From an uncultured Alphaproteobacteria bacterium (GTDB taxonomy: Bacteria; Pseudomonadota; Alphaproteobacteria; HIMB59; GCA-002718135), in NCBI GenBank assembly GCA_902574475.1, contig CACGNZ010000001.1, positions 61,416 to 125,415 of the forward strand: a stretch of 64,000 nucleotides of DNA. The letters run 5' to 3'. The notes under the pieces are model-generated. The model did not search any database. It was not told the origin of the DNA and was given only the letters and a program-made list of their open reading frames with translations. Positions 53,237-64,000 of this stretch are shown here, in pieces; the stretch's first letter is position 1, and the number at the start of each line of letters is the position of its first letter. The translations under genes were made by a program, and so were the position numbers.

Positions 53237-56227
53237 ATGCGATACAAAAATAATAAAAATCTCGAAAATAATAAGTCTGTTAGGTTCTATTTTGATAATA
53301 AAGAATATTTTGGATTTGAAGGTGACACCCTTGCTTCTGCACTTCTTGCAAATGATGTTCACTTAGTTGGAAGAAGTTTTAAATATCATCGACCGCGGGG
53401 TATTTATACCGCAGGTAGTGAAGAACCTAATGGAATAGTTCAGCTTGAAACCAAAGAATATACCGAACCTAATAGAAGAGTAACTGAAGTCCAGATATAT
53501 GATGGGTTAAAAGCTTTTAGTCAAAATAATTGGCCGTCAGTGAAATTTGATGCTGGCGCTATAAATGATTTACTATCCCCATTTTTTCCTGCAGGGTTTT
53601 ATTACAAGACCTTTATGTGGCCGCCAAAGTTTTGGAAAGCATATGAGTTTTTTATAAGACACGCTGCAGGACTTGGTAAATCTCCAAAAAAAGATGATCC
53701 CCACAAATACGAACATTTTCATTATCATTGTGATGTTCTAATTGTTGGAGCAGGAGTGAGTGGATTAATTTCAGCAGAAATTGCAGCGAATAAAAATTAT
53801 AAAGTTTTACTAGTTGAGCAAGAAGAGGATCTCGGTGGTGAAATTTTATCTACAAAAAATCAAGACATTAAAATTGAAAATTTACCGATTAATGAATGGA
53901 AAAATAAATTAGTTGATAAACTTTCTAAAAATTCAAATATAAAAATAGTTAAAAATACAACTTGTTTTGCATACTTGAATTATAATTTATTACTAGCAGT
54001 ACAAGAAATTGATCCAGAAAAAGGTTTAAATAAAAAAAATGATATTAAAGAAAGAATTTGGAAAATTAGATCAAAGAAAGTTATTTTAGCAACTGGCGCA
54101 ATTGAACGACCAATAATATTTAACAATAATGACAGGCCTGGTATTATGCTTTCTAACAGTGCGAAAAAATACTTAAATAAGTATGGAGTTGCACCTGGAA
54201 AAAATTTAGTTTTTTTTACAAACAATGATAGTGCCTATGAAACTGCAATAGATTTTTTTGAACAGGGTATAAAAGTAGAGGCTATTGTCGATACAAGAGA
54301 TAGTAGTGATGGATATTACCCTAAAAAAGCAAATAAATTAGGTATGACTATACTAAAAGGTTATGAAATTAGTGATACTGTTGGAAGATTAAAAGTTAGA
54401 GAAGTTAAATTAAGAAAAATAAAAACTGAAAACAATAATGAAAAATCTTCTATTAATATTAAATGCGATCTTTTAGCAATTGCTGGTGGTTGGACTCCTA
54501 CTGTTCATTTATTTACTCAATCAAAAGGAAAACTCAAATTTAGAGATGTAGATGGAAGTTTTATTCCTAATGAAGTTTATCAAGATACATTGTGTGTTGG
54601 AAGTTGTAATGGTGATTATAATTTAAATGAAATATTATTAAAAACTCAAGAAGATACTAATAAATATTTAAATGATAATCAGCAAAATGAACTTGGCGAA
54701 GTAAATTACAAATCAGATGATCTAAAGCAAGGCAAACACAAAAATGTTTGGATTACATCAAAGAACAGTATCTCACGAACAAAAATGTTTGTAGATTTTC
54801 AAAACGATGTAACAGCAAAAGATATTAAACTAGCTTTAAAAGAGGGTTTTCAATCCATTGAACATGTCAAACGATATACAACTACAGGAATGGCAACTGA
54901 TCAAGGCAAGACCAGTAATGTTAATGCACTTGGAATAATATCAGAGTTAACAAATACTGAAATTTCCGAATTAGGTACAACAACATTTCGTTTACCCTAT
55001 AAGCCAGTAACATTTGGAGCAATTGCTGGACGTCATATTAAAGAATTTTTTGATTTAGAGAGAACAAGTCCAATGCATCAATGGCATATTGATAATGAAG
55101 CTTTATTTGAGGATGTAGGTCAATGGAAAAGAGCCTGGTATTATCCTCAAAGGAATGAAAGTTTTCAGTCTGCTTTAAATAGAGAAGTAAAAGCAACTAG
55201 AGATAGTCTAGGGATATTAGATGCATCAACGCTTGGTAAAATAGATATTAAGGGAAGAGATGTTAGCGAATTCTTAAATAGAATTTACACAAATTCTTGG
55301 TCAAAATTAGAAATTGGAAAATGTCGATATGGTGTAATGTTAGGCGACGATGGGATGGTTATTGATGATGGTGTAACAACTAGATTAGATGAGTATCACT
55401 ATCTTATGTCAACAACTACAGGAAATGCGGCATCAGTAATGTCAAAATTAGAAGATTGGTTGCAAACAGAATGGCCAGAGTTAGAAGTATATTTAACATC
55501 CGTAACAGAAAATTATGGAACGATAAGCTTAAATGGCCCAAATTCAAAAAAATTAATGCAAAAATTAGTTCCAGATTTTGATTTCTCAAAAGAAAATTTT
55601 CCTCATATGAGTTTTAAGAATATTAATATTGACGGAATAAAATGTAGAGTCATGCGTATAAGTTTTACAGGTGAAATGTGTTACGAAATAAATGTTCCAT
55701 CTGGTTATGTTAAAAATCTTTGGGAACTTTGTATAGATAATGGTAACGAATTTAATATTACGCCATATGGTACTGAAGCGATGCATGTACTTCGTGCTGA
55801 AAAAGGATTTATTATTGTTGGTCAAGAAACAGATGGATCAGTGACACCAGTAGATCTGGATATGGACTGGATAGTTAGTAAGAAGAAATATGATTTTATT
55901 GGTAAAAGAGCATTACATAGAAGTGATACTATTAAAAAAGATAGGAAACAATTAGTTGGATTAAGAACTAAAGATCCAAATAAGGTTCTTGAAGAAGGAT
56001 CTCAATTGGTTGAAAAAATAACTGCCCTACCTATGAAAATGGTTGGTCACGTGACCTCTAGTTACTATTCACCTAATTTAAAAAGCTCTTTTGCTTTAGC
56101 TTTAATCAAAGGTGGTCTTGAAAAAAAAGGAAGTGTTTTAATTGCTCCAATGGAAAATGAAAATATTGAAGTAGAAATAACTAGTCCAATATTTATTGAT
56201 CCTGAGAATCAAAGGGTTAATCAATGA
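53237..56227 (+). CDS. soxA: Sarcosine oxidase alpha subunit
   Basis: GDTLASALLAN, RSFKYHRPRG, AGFYYKTFMWP, FVDFQNDVT, EHVKRYTT.GM.TDQGK, C-terminal GcvT-like folate domain. Confidence 0.97.
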   Translation: MRYKNNKNLENNKSVRFYFDNKEYFGFEGDTLASALLANDVHLVGRSFKYHRPRGIYTAGSEEPNGIVQLETKEYTEPNRRVTEVQIYDGLKAFSQNNWPSVKFDAGAINDLLSPFFPAGFYYKTFMWPPKFWKAYEFFIRHAAGLGKSPKKDDPHKYEHFHYHCDVLIVGAGVSGLISAEIAANKNYKVLLVEQEEDLGGEILSTKNQDIKIENLPINEWKNKLVDKLSKNSNIKIVKNTTCFAYLNYNLLLAVQEIDPEKGLNKKNDIKERIWKIRSKKVILATGAIERPIIFNNNDRPGIMLSNSAKKYLNKYGVAPGKNLVFFTNNDSAYETAIDFFEQGIKVEAIVDTRDSSDGYYPKKANKLGMTILKGYEISDTVGRLKVREVKLRKIKTENNNEKSSINIKCDLLAIAGGWTPTVHLFTQSKGKLKFRDVDGSFIPNEVYQDTLCVGSCNGDYNLNEILLKTQEDTNKYLNDNQQNELGEVNYKSDDLKQGKHKNVWITSKNSISRTKMFVDFQNDVTAKDIKLALKEGFQSIEHVKRYTTTGMATDQGKTSNVNALGIISELTNTEISELGTTTFRLPYKPVTFGAIAGRHIKEFFDLERTSPMHQWHIDNEALFEDVGQWKRAWYYPQRNESFQSALNREVKATRDSLGILDASTLGKIDIKGRDVSEFLNRIYTNSWSKLEIGKCRYGVMLGDDGMVIDDGVTTRLDEYHYLMSTTTGNAASVMSKLEDWLQTEWPELEVYLTSVTENYGTISLNGPNSKKLMQKLVPDFDFSKENFPHMSFKNINIDGIKCRVMRISFTGEMCYEINVPSGYVKNLWELCIDNGNEFNITPYGTEAMHVLRAEKGFIIVGQETDGSVTPVDLDMDWIVSKKKYDFIGKRALHRSDTIKKDRKQLVGLRTKDPNKVLEEGSQLVEKITALPMKMVGHVTSSYYSPNLKSSFALALIKGGLEKKGSVLIAPMENENIEVEITSPIFIDPENQRVNQ

Positions 56228-56799
56228 GTTTAATTTACAGTAATGTTTTGAATATAAATAAAAAAAATTACAATGGAGTAACAATAGAAGAAAAAGCTCT
56301 ATCAGGTAAAATAAATATACGTGGTAAAAGTTCAGATAAAGAATTTATGAAAAATATAGGCTCAGTATTAAACCTGGTTTTACCAATTGAGCAAAATGTA
56401 AGAATTTTTAATAATAATATTAGTATTATGTGGCTTGGTCCTAATGAATGGTTAGTCGAAACACCAGAAAATGAGAAAGATGAAATTATTTCCCTACTAG
56501 AATCTAAACTTAATCCAGAAAAAACAGCAATAACTGATGTTTCATTTAATAAAACTGTTTTACGCCTTGAAGGGGAAAAGGTATTTATTTTACTTTCTAA
56601 GTTTCTTGTCGCGAACTTAGAAAAAATTTTGAAAACTAATTTTTCTGTAGCTCAAACTATATTTATAAAAATTCCAATACTTTTTATTAGAAACAATACT
56701 GATAAAGAAGAAACTTCATTAGATTTACATTTAAACAGATCACATGCAAAATATGTTTATGATTTATTAGTTGATGGTAGTAAAAATCTTAATATTTAA
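56224..56799 (+). CDS. soxG: Sarcosine oxidase gamma subunit
   Basis: KINIRG, WLGPNEWL, TDVS, RS.A.Y; follows soxA with ATGA overlap. Confidence 0.9.
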   Translation: MSLIYSNVLNINKKNYNGVTIEEKALSGKINIRGKSSDKEFMKNIGSVLNLVLPIEQNVRIFNNNISIMWLGPNEWLVETPENEKDEIISLLESKLNPEKTAITDVSFNKTVLRLEGEKVFILLSKFLVANLEKILKTNFSVAQTIFIKIPILFIRNNTDKEETSLDLHLNRSHAKYVYDLLVDGSKNLNI

Positions 56800-57253
56800 T
56801 TTATTTTTTATCTTAATTTCTTTAAGCACAGTATCATCTGGTAAAACTATATTTGGAAAAGCAAAAGTAATTGATGGTGATACTATACATATTAATAAAA
56901 ATAAAATAAGACTGCATGCTATTGATGCGCCTGAAACAAATCAAACATGTAATAAAAATAGTACAGTCTGGAATTGTGGTGTGGAATCAACAAAGTTCTT
57001 AAAGGAATTAATTGGTAATAATAAAATTGGGTGCATCACAAAAGGTAAGGATCGATATAATAGATTTATTGGAATCTGCTATAAAGATAATTTAGATTTA
57101 AATAGTGAAATGGTTCTGAATGGATGGGCGATAGCTTATCGCTATTATTCAAAAGATTATGTTGAAGAAGAAGAAGAGGCAAAACGAGATAAAAAAGGTA
57201 TATGGATTGGGGATTTTGAAGATCCTTATTTATTTAGAAAGAAAAATAAATAA
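56774..57253 (+). CDS. Thermonuclease (SNase-like) family secreted or anchored nuclease
   Basis: Hydrophobic N-terminus, VIDGDTI, IRL.AIDAPE, DRYNR, LN..MV..GWA.AY, A....KGIW. Confidence 0.9.
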   Translation: MVVKILIFNLFFILISLSTVSSGKTIFGKAKVIDGDTIHINKNKIRLHAIDAPETNQTCNKNSTVWNCGVESTKFLKELIGNNKIGCITKGKDRYNRFIGICYKDNLDLNSEMVLNGWAIAYRYYSKDYVEEEEEAKRDKKGIWIGDFEDPYLFRKKNK

Positions 57254-57925
57254 TCAACCATGATGTTGGGAATCTTTTAAATAAATTAAATCTTCTATTT
57301 CTTTATCTTTACTTTTAATTATTTTTTTTAGCTCATTTAATTCATTTTCAAAACTACGATTTTTTTGTTCAATTTGTCTAAGTTCTGATTTTAGTATTGA
57401 ATTTTCAATATTTACTTCTTCCATATCTTCAGTCGATGCTGAACTTTCTAATTCTATTTGTAATTTTTGAACAAGATCTTCATATTTTGATAATTGTTTA
57501 TTTAATTCAGTTATTTTATTTTCAAGTGTGTTAAGTTTCTCAATACTTTCTGAATTATTTTCTAATGTGTTATTTTCTAGATCTGTTATATTGTTAAGAG
57601 ATTGTTCATAATCATTCTTAATTGTATCGAATGATTCATTTAAATCACGTATTTCTTCACGTAAGTTTTTTATTTGATCATCTCTAAATTTTAATCGCTG
57701 ATCTTTTTGGAATATCTCAAGTTTAAGTTTTTCTATTTCAGATCGTAAACTTGTTTCATCAACAACACTGCTAGGAATGATTTCAATAGGTGGCTCAGTT
57801 TGATCAGATGAAAAATCCATAGAAGGCAAATAGAAAAAAATACCAAAGATAACTATAATTGAAATTACAAGTAAGATTCTATTTCTTCTTCTTCTTTTTG
57901 CTTGTAAACCAACAAAACCTACCAT
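57254..57925 (-). CDS. Hypothetical single-TM coiled-coil protein
   Basis: Likely start ATG at 57925 (MVGFVGLQAKRRRRNRILL...), one TM, then a long E/K/L heptad region. Confidence 0.75.
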   Translation of the reverse strand: MVGFVGLQAKRRRRNRILLVISIIVIFGIFFYLPSMDFSSDQTEPPIEIIPSSVVDETSLRSEIEKLKLEIFQKDQRLKFRDDQIKNLREEIRDLNESFDTIKNDYEQSLNNITDLENNTLENNSESIEKLNTLENKITELNKQLSKYEDLVQKLQIELESSASTEDMEEVNIENSILKSELRQIEQKNRSFENELNELKKIIKSKDKEIEDLIYLKDSQHHG

Positions 57926-57963
57926 ATGAACTCTATAAAACGGCAAGTGTAAAAAATAAATAT

Positions 57964-58797
57964 TTAATTATTATTAAATTGTGGATCTAAAGAATATGTG
58001 GTTGACCTTAAGTAATGAGTAATTTTTTTGATATCTCCAATTTTTACAAGGTTTTCGTAAGGTATAAGTGAACCAAAGTACATATAGATATCATCACCTA
58101 TCTTTCTTTTCAGTTCATACATACATAAAGAGTATCTAAATGTTTGTCCTATTTTATTAGCAATGTGGTAAAGTTGACTATTTTGACCGTCAAAAAAAAT
58201 TGGTAACACAGGGCTTTTAGTTTTAAGAACTAGTTTCGATACCCATTGTTTCCACTCACCATCGTCAGCTTTTGTATTTTTTTTTAAGTTTTGTTTAGTT
58301 GCTATCGTTCCAGAAGGAAAAAGAATTAGAACACCTTCATTATGCAAAACTTTTTCAGCTTCTTTACGTGTATTAATGTTAGTTATTAGAGCTTCTCTAT
58401 TCTCATTAAAATCAATTGGTAATATTTTATCTTTTACTGCCTCTGCTTGCCTTAAGACTTTATGTGTAACCATTTTATAATCTTGTCTTACTTTTGAAAT
58501 TGCTGAACATATGGATACGCCATCTGCAACTCCAAAAGCATGATTTGCTATAACAATTAATTTTCCTTTTTTTGGAATATAACTACCGTCCTGAAAATTA
58601 GTTATTAAAGTAAAATTTAATTTATCTACTGCATCATCCCAAAAAAGCTCAGGAGGTCTATTTTCAGATAAATATTCATCATATAATTTTTTTAATTTTA
58701 ATTTTCCTGTTAATAATTCAGTAATCTTAATAAATATTTGACCAATAAAATTTACTTCCGCTGTTGCAAATGTAAATACAATTTTATTTTTATTCAT
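57964..58797 (-). CDS. Lysophospholipid/aminolipid acyltransferase family protein
   Basis: IP..G.LIVIANHAFGVADG, LFPSG.IA, WK....KL, VLPIFFDGQNS..Y. Confidence 0.85.
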   Translation of the reverse strand: MNKNKIVFTFATAEVNFIGQIFIKITELLTGKLKLKKLYDEYLSENRPPELFWDDAVDKLNFTLITNFQDGSYIPKKGKLIVIANHAFGVADGVSICSAISKVRQDYKMVTHKVLRQAEAVKDKILPIDFNENREALITNINTRKEAEKVLHNEGVLILFPSGTIATKQNLKKNTKADDGEWKQWVSKLVLKTKSPVLPIFFDGQNSQLYHIANKIGQTFRYSLCMYELKRKIGDDIYMYFGSLIPYENLVKIGDIKKITHYLRSTTYSLDPQFNNN

Positions 58798-58843
58798 AAT
58801 GAAAATGAATTAATTTAAATAAAATAATTTTTTTCTAAATATA

Positions 58844-60472
58844 TTACATATTTGCATAATTTGGTCCCCCACTACCTTCAGGTACAACCCAATTTATGTT
58901 TTGTGATGGCTCTTTAATATCACATGTTTTACAATGAATACAGTTTTGTGCATTAATTACAAATTTAGGATTTTGACTATCTGTCTTATCAATCTCATAT
59001 ACACCAGCAGGACAATATCTTTGAGATGGCTCATCATAAGCTTTTAAAGTAAATTTTATTGGCAATTCCTTATCTTTTAATTGTAAATGCACTGGCTGAT
59101 CAGCTTCATGGTTAGTTCCAGTCAAATAAACAGAGCTGGTTTTATCAAAAGTAAATATTCCATCATATTTTGGATAATCTATTTTTTTTGAATCTTTTGC
59201 TAATTGTAAAGATTCATGATCAGCATGTTTATGTTTTAGTGTAAAAGGAAGCTTGCCTCTAAATATTATTTGATCAATTCCTGTAAATATTATTGCAGGT
59301 ATTAGTCCCCAGTTAAAACTTGGTTTTACATTCCTTGCAGCAAACAATTCTTTATAAAGCCATGAACGTTTAAATTTATCTTCATATGCTGCAAGAGGTA
59401 CAGATTTACTTAAATAATCATTAATTGTTTCAGCAGCTATGATTCCACTTTTCATTGCAGTATGTGAACCTTTAATCTTTGGCATATTTAAGGTTCCTGC
59501 ATCACACCCAACTAGTAATGCACCTGGCATAAACATTTTAGGTAAACTTTGAATACCACCTTCAATAAGTGCCCTTGCTCCATAAGCAATACGTTTTCCA
59601 TTACTGAGAATTTTCTTAATTGCTGGGTGAGTTTTAAATTTTTGAAATTCATCGTAAGGAGATAAATATGGATTTTTATAATCAAGACCGATTACGTATC
59701 CTAAAAATATTTGTTTATTTTCAGCGTGATAACAAAAACTGCCACCATAAGTTGTATTATCTAATGGCCATCCCGCAGTATGCATGACAAGACCTTCCTC
59801 ATGCTGACTTTCATCGACTTCCCAAATTTCTTTAAACCCAATTCCGTATTGTTGTGGTGACTTATCTTTTGATAAATTATATTTTTTAATTAATTCTTTT
59901 CCTAAATGACCTCTACAACCCTCAGCAAAGACTGTTACTTTAGAGTTAATATTTATTCCTGGTTCAAAACTATCTTTTTTGTTACCATCTTTATCAATAC
60001 CCATATCACCAGTTTGTACGCCAATTACATGATCTTCATCTGAATATAATATTTTAGATGCCGCAAATCCTGGAAAAATTTCTACTCCTAAATTTTCAGC
60101 CTCACTTGCAAGCCATCTACATAAATTTGCAAGACTAATGATATAATTCTTATGATTTTTTTGTACACTAGGAAGAAGCCATGTAGGCCAATTTAACGAG
60201 CCTTTTTTTGATAAGAATAAAAACTTTTCTTTTGTTACTTTAGTTTTAATTGGTGAGTCTTTGCTTCTCCAATCAGGTATTAATTCATCGAGTGCTCTTG
60301 TTTCAAAGACATTACCACTTAAAATATGGGCCCCTACCTCTGATCCCTTTTCTAATACACAAACATTAATTTCTGGGTTCAGTTGTTTTAGTTTAATTGC
60401 AGTTGAAAGGCCTGATGGACCAGCACCTACCACCACAACATCATAGTCCATTGACTCGCGTTCTACTTCCAT
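58844..60472 (-). CDS. Electron transfer flavoprotein-ubiquinone oxidoreductase
   Basis: ERESM.YDVVVVGAGPSGL, EKGSEVGAHILSG, AEGCRGHL, KIKGSHTAMKSG, CPAGVYE...QNCIHCKTCDIK. Confidence 0.97.
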   Translation of the reverse strand: MEVERESMDYDVVVVGAGPSGLSTAIKLKQLNPEINVCVLEKGSEVGAHILSGNVFETRALDELIPDWRSKDSPIKTKVTKEKFLFLSKKGSLNWPTWLLPSVQKNHKNYIISLANLCRWLASEAENLGVEIFPGFAASKILYSDEDHVIGVQTGDMGIDKDGNKKDSFEPGININSKVTVFAEGCRGHLGKELIKKYNLSKDKSPQQYGIGFKEIWEVDESQHEEGLVMHTAGWPLDNTTYGGSFCYHAENKQIFLGYVIGLDYKNPYLSPYDEFQKFKTHPAIKKILSNGKRIAYGARALIEGGIQSLPKMFMPGALLVGCDAGTLNMPKIKGSHTAMKSGIIAAETINDYLSKSVPLAAYEDKFKRSWLYKELFAARNVKPSFNWGLIPAIIFTGIDQIIFRGKLPFTLKHKHADHESLQLAKDSKKIDYPKYDGIFTFDKTSSVYLTGTNHEADQPVHLQLKDKELPIKFTLKAYDEPSQRYCPAGVYEIDKTDSQNPKFVINAQNCIHCKTCDIKEPSQNINWVVPEGSGGPNYANM

Positions 60473-60495
60473 CTTATTTATTGTAATAAATTAAT

Positions 60496-61449
60496 TTATT
60501 GTTGAATAGTATTTAATTTATCTAGTTCAGAAGATAATTGAGGCAATGCCTCAAATAAATCAGCGTTTAGTCCATAATCGGCAACATTAAATATTGGCGC
60601 TTCTTCATCTTTATTGATTGCAACAATTACCTTACTTTCTTTCATACCTGCTAAGTGCTGTATTGCACCAGAAATTCCGACAGCAATATACAAATCTGGG
60701 ACAACTACTTTGCCAGTTTGCCCAACCTGATAATCATTAGAAACATAACCAGCATCTACAGCAGCACGAGAAGCACCAACTGCCGCATTAAGCTTATCTG
60801 CTATTTCATTTAAAAGTTTAAAATTTTCGGCACTTTGTAATCCTCTACCACCGGATATCACAACTCGAGCAGTACTTAACTCTGGTCTTTCAGATTGAGA
60901 TTCTTCTCTATCTATAAATTCAACACTGCCACTATCATTATCAAAAGAAATATTTTCGACCTGTTCTTTTCCACCGCTAGTTTCTATAGGATCAAACGAT
61001 GTTGGTCTTACAGTTACTACTTTAATCTTGTCATTTGATTTAACTGTTGCAATAGCATTACCAGCGTAAATTGGCCTCATAAAAGTATCGGAACTTATTA
61101 TTTTTATAACATCACTAACTTGAGCAATATCTAGTTTAACGGCAATTCTAGGAAAAATATTTTTACCAAATGTTGTTGCAGGTGCCATTATGTGGGAATA
61201 ATTATTAGCCAAAGATACAACGATAGGCTCAATATTTTCAGCAATTGGATTTTTAAGCTTTTCATTATTTGCTAAATATACTTTTGAAACTTTTTCACAT
61301 TTAGAGATATTTTTAGCTAGCTCTTCACATTCATAGCCTGTTACCAAAACATGGATATCTTGGTCTATTTGTGATGCTGCAGATATCGTATTTAAGGTTG
61401 ATGATTTGATATCTATATTATTATGTTCTGCTAATACTAATATTGTCAT
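60496..61449 (-). CDS. etfA: Electron transfer flavoprotein alpha subunit
   Basis: [45 protein letters not shown]. Confidence 0.97.
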   Translation of the reverse strand: MTILVLAEHNNIDIKSSTLNTISAASQIDQDIHVLVTGYECEELAKNISKCEKVSKVYLANNEKLKNPIAENIEPIVVSLANNYSHIMAPATTFGKNIFPRIAVKLDIAQVSDVIKIISSDTFMRPIYAGNAIATVKSNDKIKVVTVRPTSFDPIETSGGKEQVENISFDNDSGSVEFIDREESQSERPELSTARVVISGGRGLQSAENFKLLNEIADKLNAAVGASRAAVDAGYVSNDYQVGQTGKVVVPDLYIAVGISGAIQHLAGMKESKVIVAINKDEEAPIFNVADYGLNADLFEALPQLSSELDKLNTIQQ

Positions 61450-62195
61450 ATAACTTTTGCCTCATGTTTAAGTTTTTGAACCAGTTCAGCAACATCACTT
61501 ACCATAATTCCTTTTTGTCTGACAGGTGGTTCTTCTACTTTTATTTGTTCAATCCTAGGTTCTATATTTATACCAAGTGAAGATGCATCTTTTGTATCAA
61601 TTGGTTTTTTCTTTGCTTTCATTATATTTGGTAAAGAGGCATATCTAGGTTCATTAAGTCGAAGATCACATGATGCTACAAATGGTATAGAAACTTTTAT
61701 CCTTTCCAAACCTTCATCAATTTCTCTAGTAACGATTGCATTATGCCCCTCTATTTCAATTTTAGATGCAAATGTAGCCTGAGGCCAATTAAGTAAAGCA
61801 GATGTCATTTGACCTGTTTGATTACAGTCATCATCAATTGCTTGTTTTCCCATTAAAATAATTGATGGTTTTTCTTCTTCTGCAACTTTAGAAATTATTT
61901 TTGAAATAGCTAGAGGCTCTAGATCATTTTGTGTTTTAATATGTATACCTCTATCAGCTCCCATTGCTAATGCAGTTCGTATAGTTTCTTGAGCTTTATC
62001 ATTTCCTATAGTAAGAATTATAATCTCATCTGCTTTACCAGCTTCTTTTATTCGTAGAGCTTCCTCTACCGCATTTTCATCAGGAGGATTCATGGACATT
62101 TTTACATTATCTTTTTCAACTCCTGAACCATCAGCCTTAACCCTGATTTGAACATTATAATCTATGACTCTTTTTACGGTGACAAGTAACTTCAT
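61446..62195 (-). CDS. etfB: Electron transfer flavoprotein beta subunit
   Basis: [56 protein letters not shown]. Confidence 0.97.
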   Translation of the reverse strand: MKLLVTVKRVIDYNVQIRVKADGSGVEKDNVKMSMNPPDENAVEEALRIKEAGKADEIIILTIGNDKAQETIRTALAMGADRGIHIKTQNDLEPLAISKIISKVAEEEKPSIILMGKQAIDDDCNQTGQMTSALLNWPQATFASKIEIEGHNAIVTREIDEGLERIKVSIPFVASCDLRLNEPRYASLPNIMKAKKKPIDTKDASSLGINIEPRIEQIKVEEPPVRQKGIMVSDVAELVQKLKHEAKVI

Positions 62196-62196
62196 A

Positions 62197-64000
62197 CTAT
62201 TGTTTTAGTTTTTCATTTTTAGGATCATAAGGACTATCCTCTATAACAGTTACATTGTATTTTTTATCTAATATATCCATTTCTAATTTTTGACCAATAT
62301 CTGCAAATTGAGGTACTACCATAGCAATAGCTAATGATTTTTTCACTCTAAAACCATAGTTACCTCCTGTCGCACGACCTATAACTTTTCCATTATTATA
62401 AATTGGATTATTACCCAAAGCATCTGCATCTTCAACATCATGAACCTCTAAAGTTACCATTTTGTTTTTAAAACCATTTTGCTGCCATTTAACAAGAGAA
62501 TCTCTTCCAATAAAATTCCCTTTGTTTAAATGTACAAATCTATCTAACCCAGACTCAAAAGCTGCATATTCTATAGACATTTCTGTACCAACCAATTTAT
62601 ATGTTTTTTCAACACGTAAGCTTTCCATCGCTCTAATACCAAATGGTTTAAGTCCATGATCTTTTCCTGCTTCCATCAATTTATCAAAAATATGGTTTTG
62701 ATATTCAATTGGATGATGTAATTCCCATCCGAGTTCTCCAACAAAATTCATACGCATAGCAATACTAGGGGCTAAACCAACATTAATTTTTTTTGATGAT
62801 AGCCAAGGGAAATTTTCATTAGATAAATCAGTCTTTGTAATTTTAGAGAGAATATCTCTTGATTTCGGTCCTGCTAAAACAAGAACACCCATACTATTAG
62901 TTAAATTTTCATAAATCACTGATCCATCTTTGGGCATCCATTTATGAATCCAATCATGATCTAATCGTTGAAACGCCCCTGCTGAAACTAAATAAAAGGA
63001 ATTTTCTTTTTCTTTTGCAATTGTGAATTCTGAGTGAACCCCTCCAGCAGTGTTTAATGCATGACAAAGATTAACTCTTCCAATTTTTTTAGGAATTTTG
63101 TTTGCTACTAAATAGTCTAGGAACTCTTCTGCACCAGGCCCTGAAATCCGACATTTAGCAAAAGCAGTCATATCTAGAAGGCCAGCATTATCCTGAACAT
63201 TCAAGCACTCGTTGCCAACATGTTCAAACCATTTTGATCTTCTAAATGACCAATCATCTTTTTGTAATTCTTTTGAAGGTGCAAACCAGTTAGCGCGCTC
63301 CCAACCAAACTTTTGACCAAAAACTGCACCAAGATCTTTTAATCTATCATAACAAGGAGCTTGTCTTAATGGACGTCCCTCTTCTCTTTCCTCATCAGGA
63401 TAATGTACTGTAAAGACATTTGCGTAAGCTTCTTCATTCTTTTTAATTAAATATGCCTCTGTTGCATAATCACCAAATCTTCTAGGGTCTACACCTAACA
63501 TATCAATTGTAGGCTCACCGTCTACTATCCATTCGGCAATTTGCCATCCAGCTCCACCAGCAGCAGTAATTCCAAAACTATGACCTTCATTTAACCAGAA
63601 ATTTTTAAGTCCCCATGCCGGTCCAACAATTGGACTTCCATCTGGTGTATAACAAATGGCACCATTGTAAACTTTCTTAACTCCAACTTCTCCAAAAATA
63701 GGAACACGGTGCATTGCTGATTCAATGTGAGGCTCTAATCGCTCCAGATCTTCTTGAAATAATTCGAATTCAGATTCTTTATCAGGTCCATCAACATAAC
63801 AAACGGGAGCTCTTTTTTCATAAGGCCCTAAAATCAATCCTCCTCTTTCTTCACGCATGTACCAAGAACTATCAGAATCTCGTAAGACTCCCATTTCAGG
63901 AAGTCCTTGTTCTTTTCTTTTTAATATTTCAGGATGATCATCAGTCACAATGTATTGGTGTTCAACAGGTATAACTGGAATGTCAAGTCCGACCATCTTT
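62197..64000 (-). CDS. Dimethylglycine/sarcosine dehydrogenase-like flavoprotein, GcvT family (5' end outside the window)
   Basis: [58 protein letters not shown]; the FAD-binding N-terminus is missing because the frame is open to the window edge; co-oriented with etfBA. Confidence 0.88.
   Translation of the reverse strand, partial: KMVGLDIPVIPVEHQYIVTDDHPEILKRKEQGLPEMGVLRDSDSSWYMREERGGLILGPYEKRAPVCYVDGPDKESEFELFQEDLERLEPHIESAMHRVPIFGEVGVKKVYNGAICYTPDGSPIVGPAWGLKNFWLNEGHSFGITAAGGAGWQIAEWIVDGEPTIDMLGVDPRRFGDYATEAYLIKKNEEAYANVFTVHYPDEEREEGRPLRQAPCYDRLKDLGAVFGQKFGWERANWFAPSKELQKDDWSFRRSKWFEHVGNECLNVQDNAGLLDMTAFAKCRISGPGAEEFLDYLVANKIPKKIGRVNLCHALNTAGGVHSEFTIAKEKENSFYLVSAGAFQRLDHDWIHKWMPKDGSVIYENLTNSMGVLVLAGPKSRDILSKITKTDLSNENFPWLSSKKINVGLAPSIAMRMNFVGELGWELHHPIEYQNHIFDKLMEAGKDHGLKPFGIRAMESLRVEKTYKLVGTEMSIEYAAFESGLDRFVHLNKGNFIGRDSLVKWQQNGFKNKMVTLEVHDVEDADALGNNPIYNNGKVIGRATGGNYGFRVKKSLAIAMVVPQFADIGQKLEMDILDKKYNVTVIEDSPYDPKNEKLKQ

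Overview
Gene-dense, strongly AT-rich chromosomal window of a streamlined marine alphaproteobacterium. It is SAR11/Pelagibacterales- or HIMB59-like by gene content and style, which is an inference. I found no mobile element, CRISPR array or rRNA. In order it holds: tuf with tRNA-Gly/Tyr, rlmB and tRNA-Thr; a two-subunit NAD-linked formate dehydrogenase with tusA, moeA, mobB, a lone tupB, fdhD and mobA; YeiH/TauE/TIGR02186/USP genes; a long core block (pyrE, pdxH, fabI, aroC, tlyA, xseB, rluD, rpoH, purA, hisZ, glmM, ftsH, tilS, tol-pal, yebC, zapA, tkt, gap, efp, suhB, rpmE, trcR); a photolyase plus UfaD/UfaO/UfaM-like lipid-modification operon; and a C1/methylglycine block (metF, fhs, soxBDAG, ETF, ETF-QO, dimethylglycine dehydrogenase-like). 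The most striking observation is in the yebC-tolQ slot, where proteobacteria usually carry ruvC-ruvA-ruvB-(ybgC). Here it holds a single 97-aa ORF with a good RBS and a complete archaeal/phage Hjc-type PD-(D/E)xK motif, a candidate in-situ replacement of RuvABC. Several other usual slots are cleanly empty (ispA-dxs, folP, serC-serA, 6S RNA, pgk/fba). All family assignments come from motif recognition by eye, without database searches, and absences apply only to this window.
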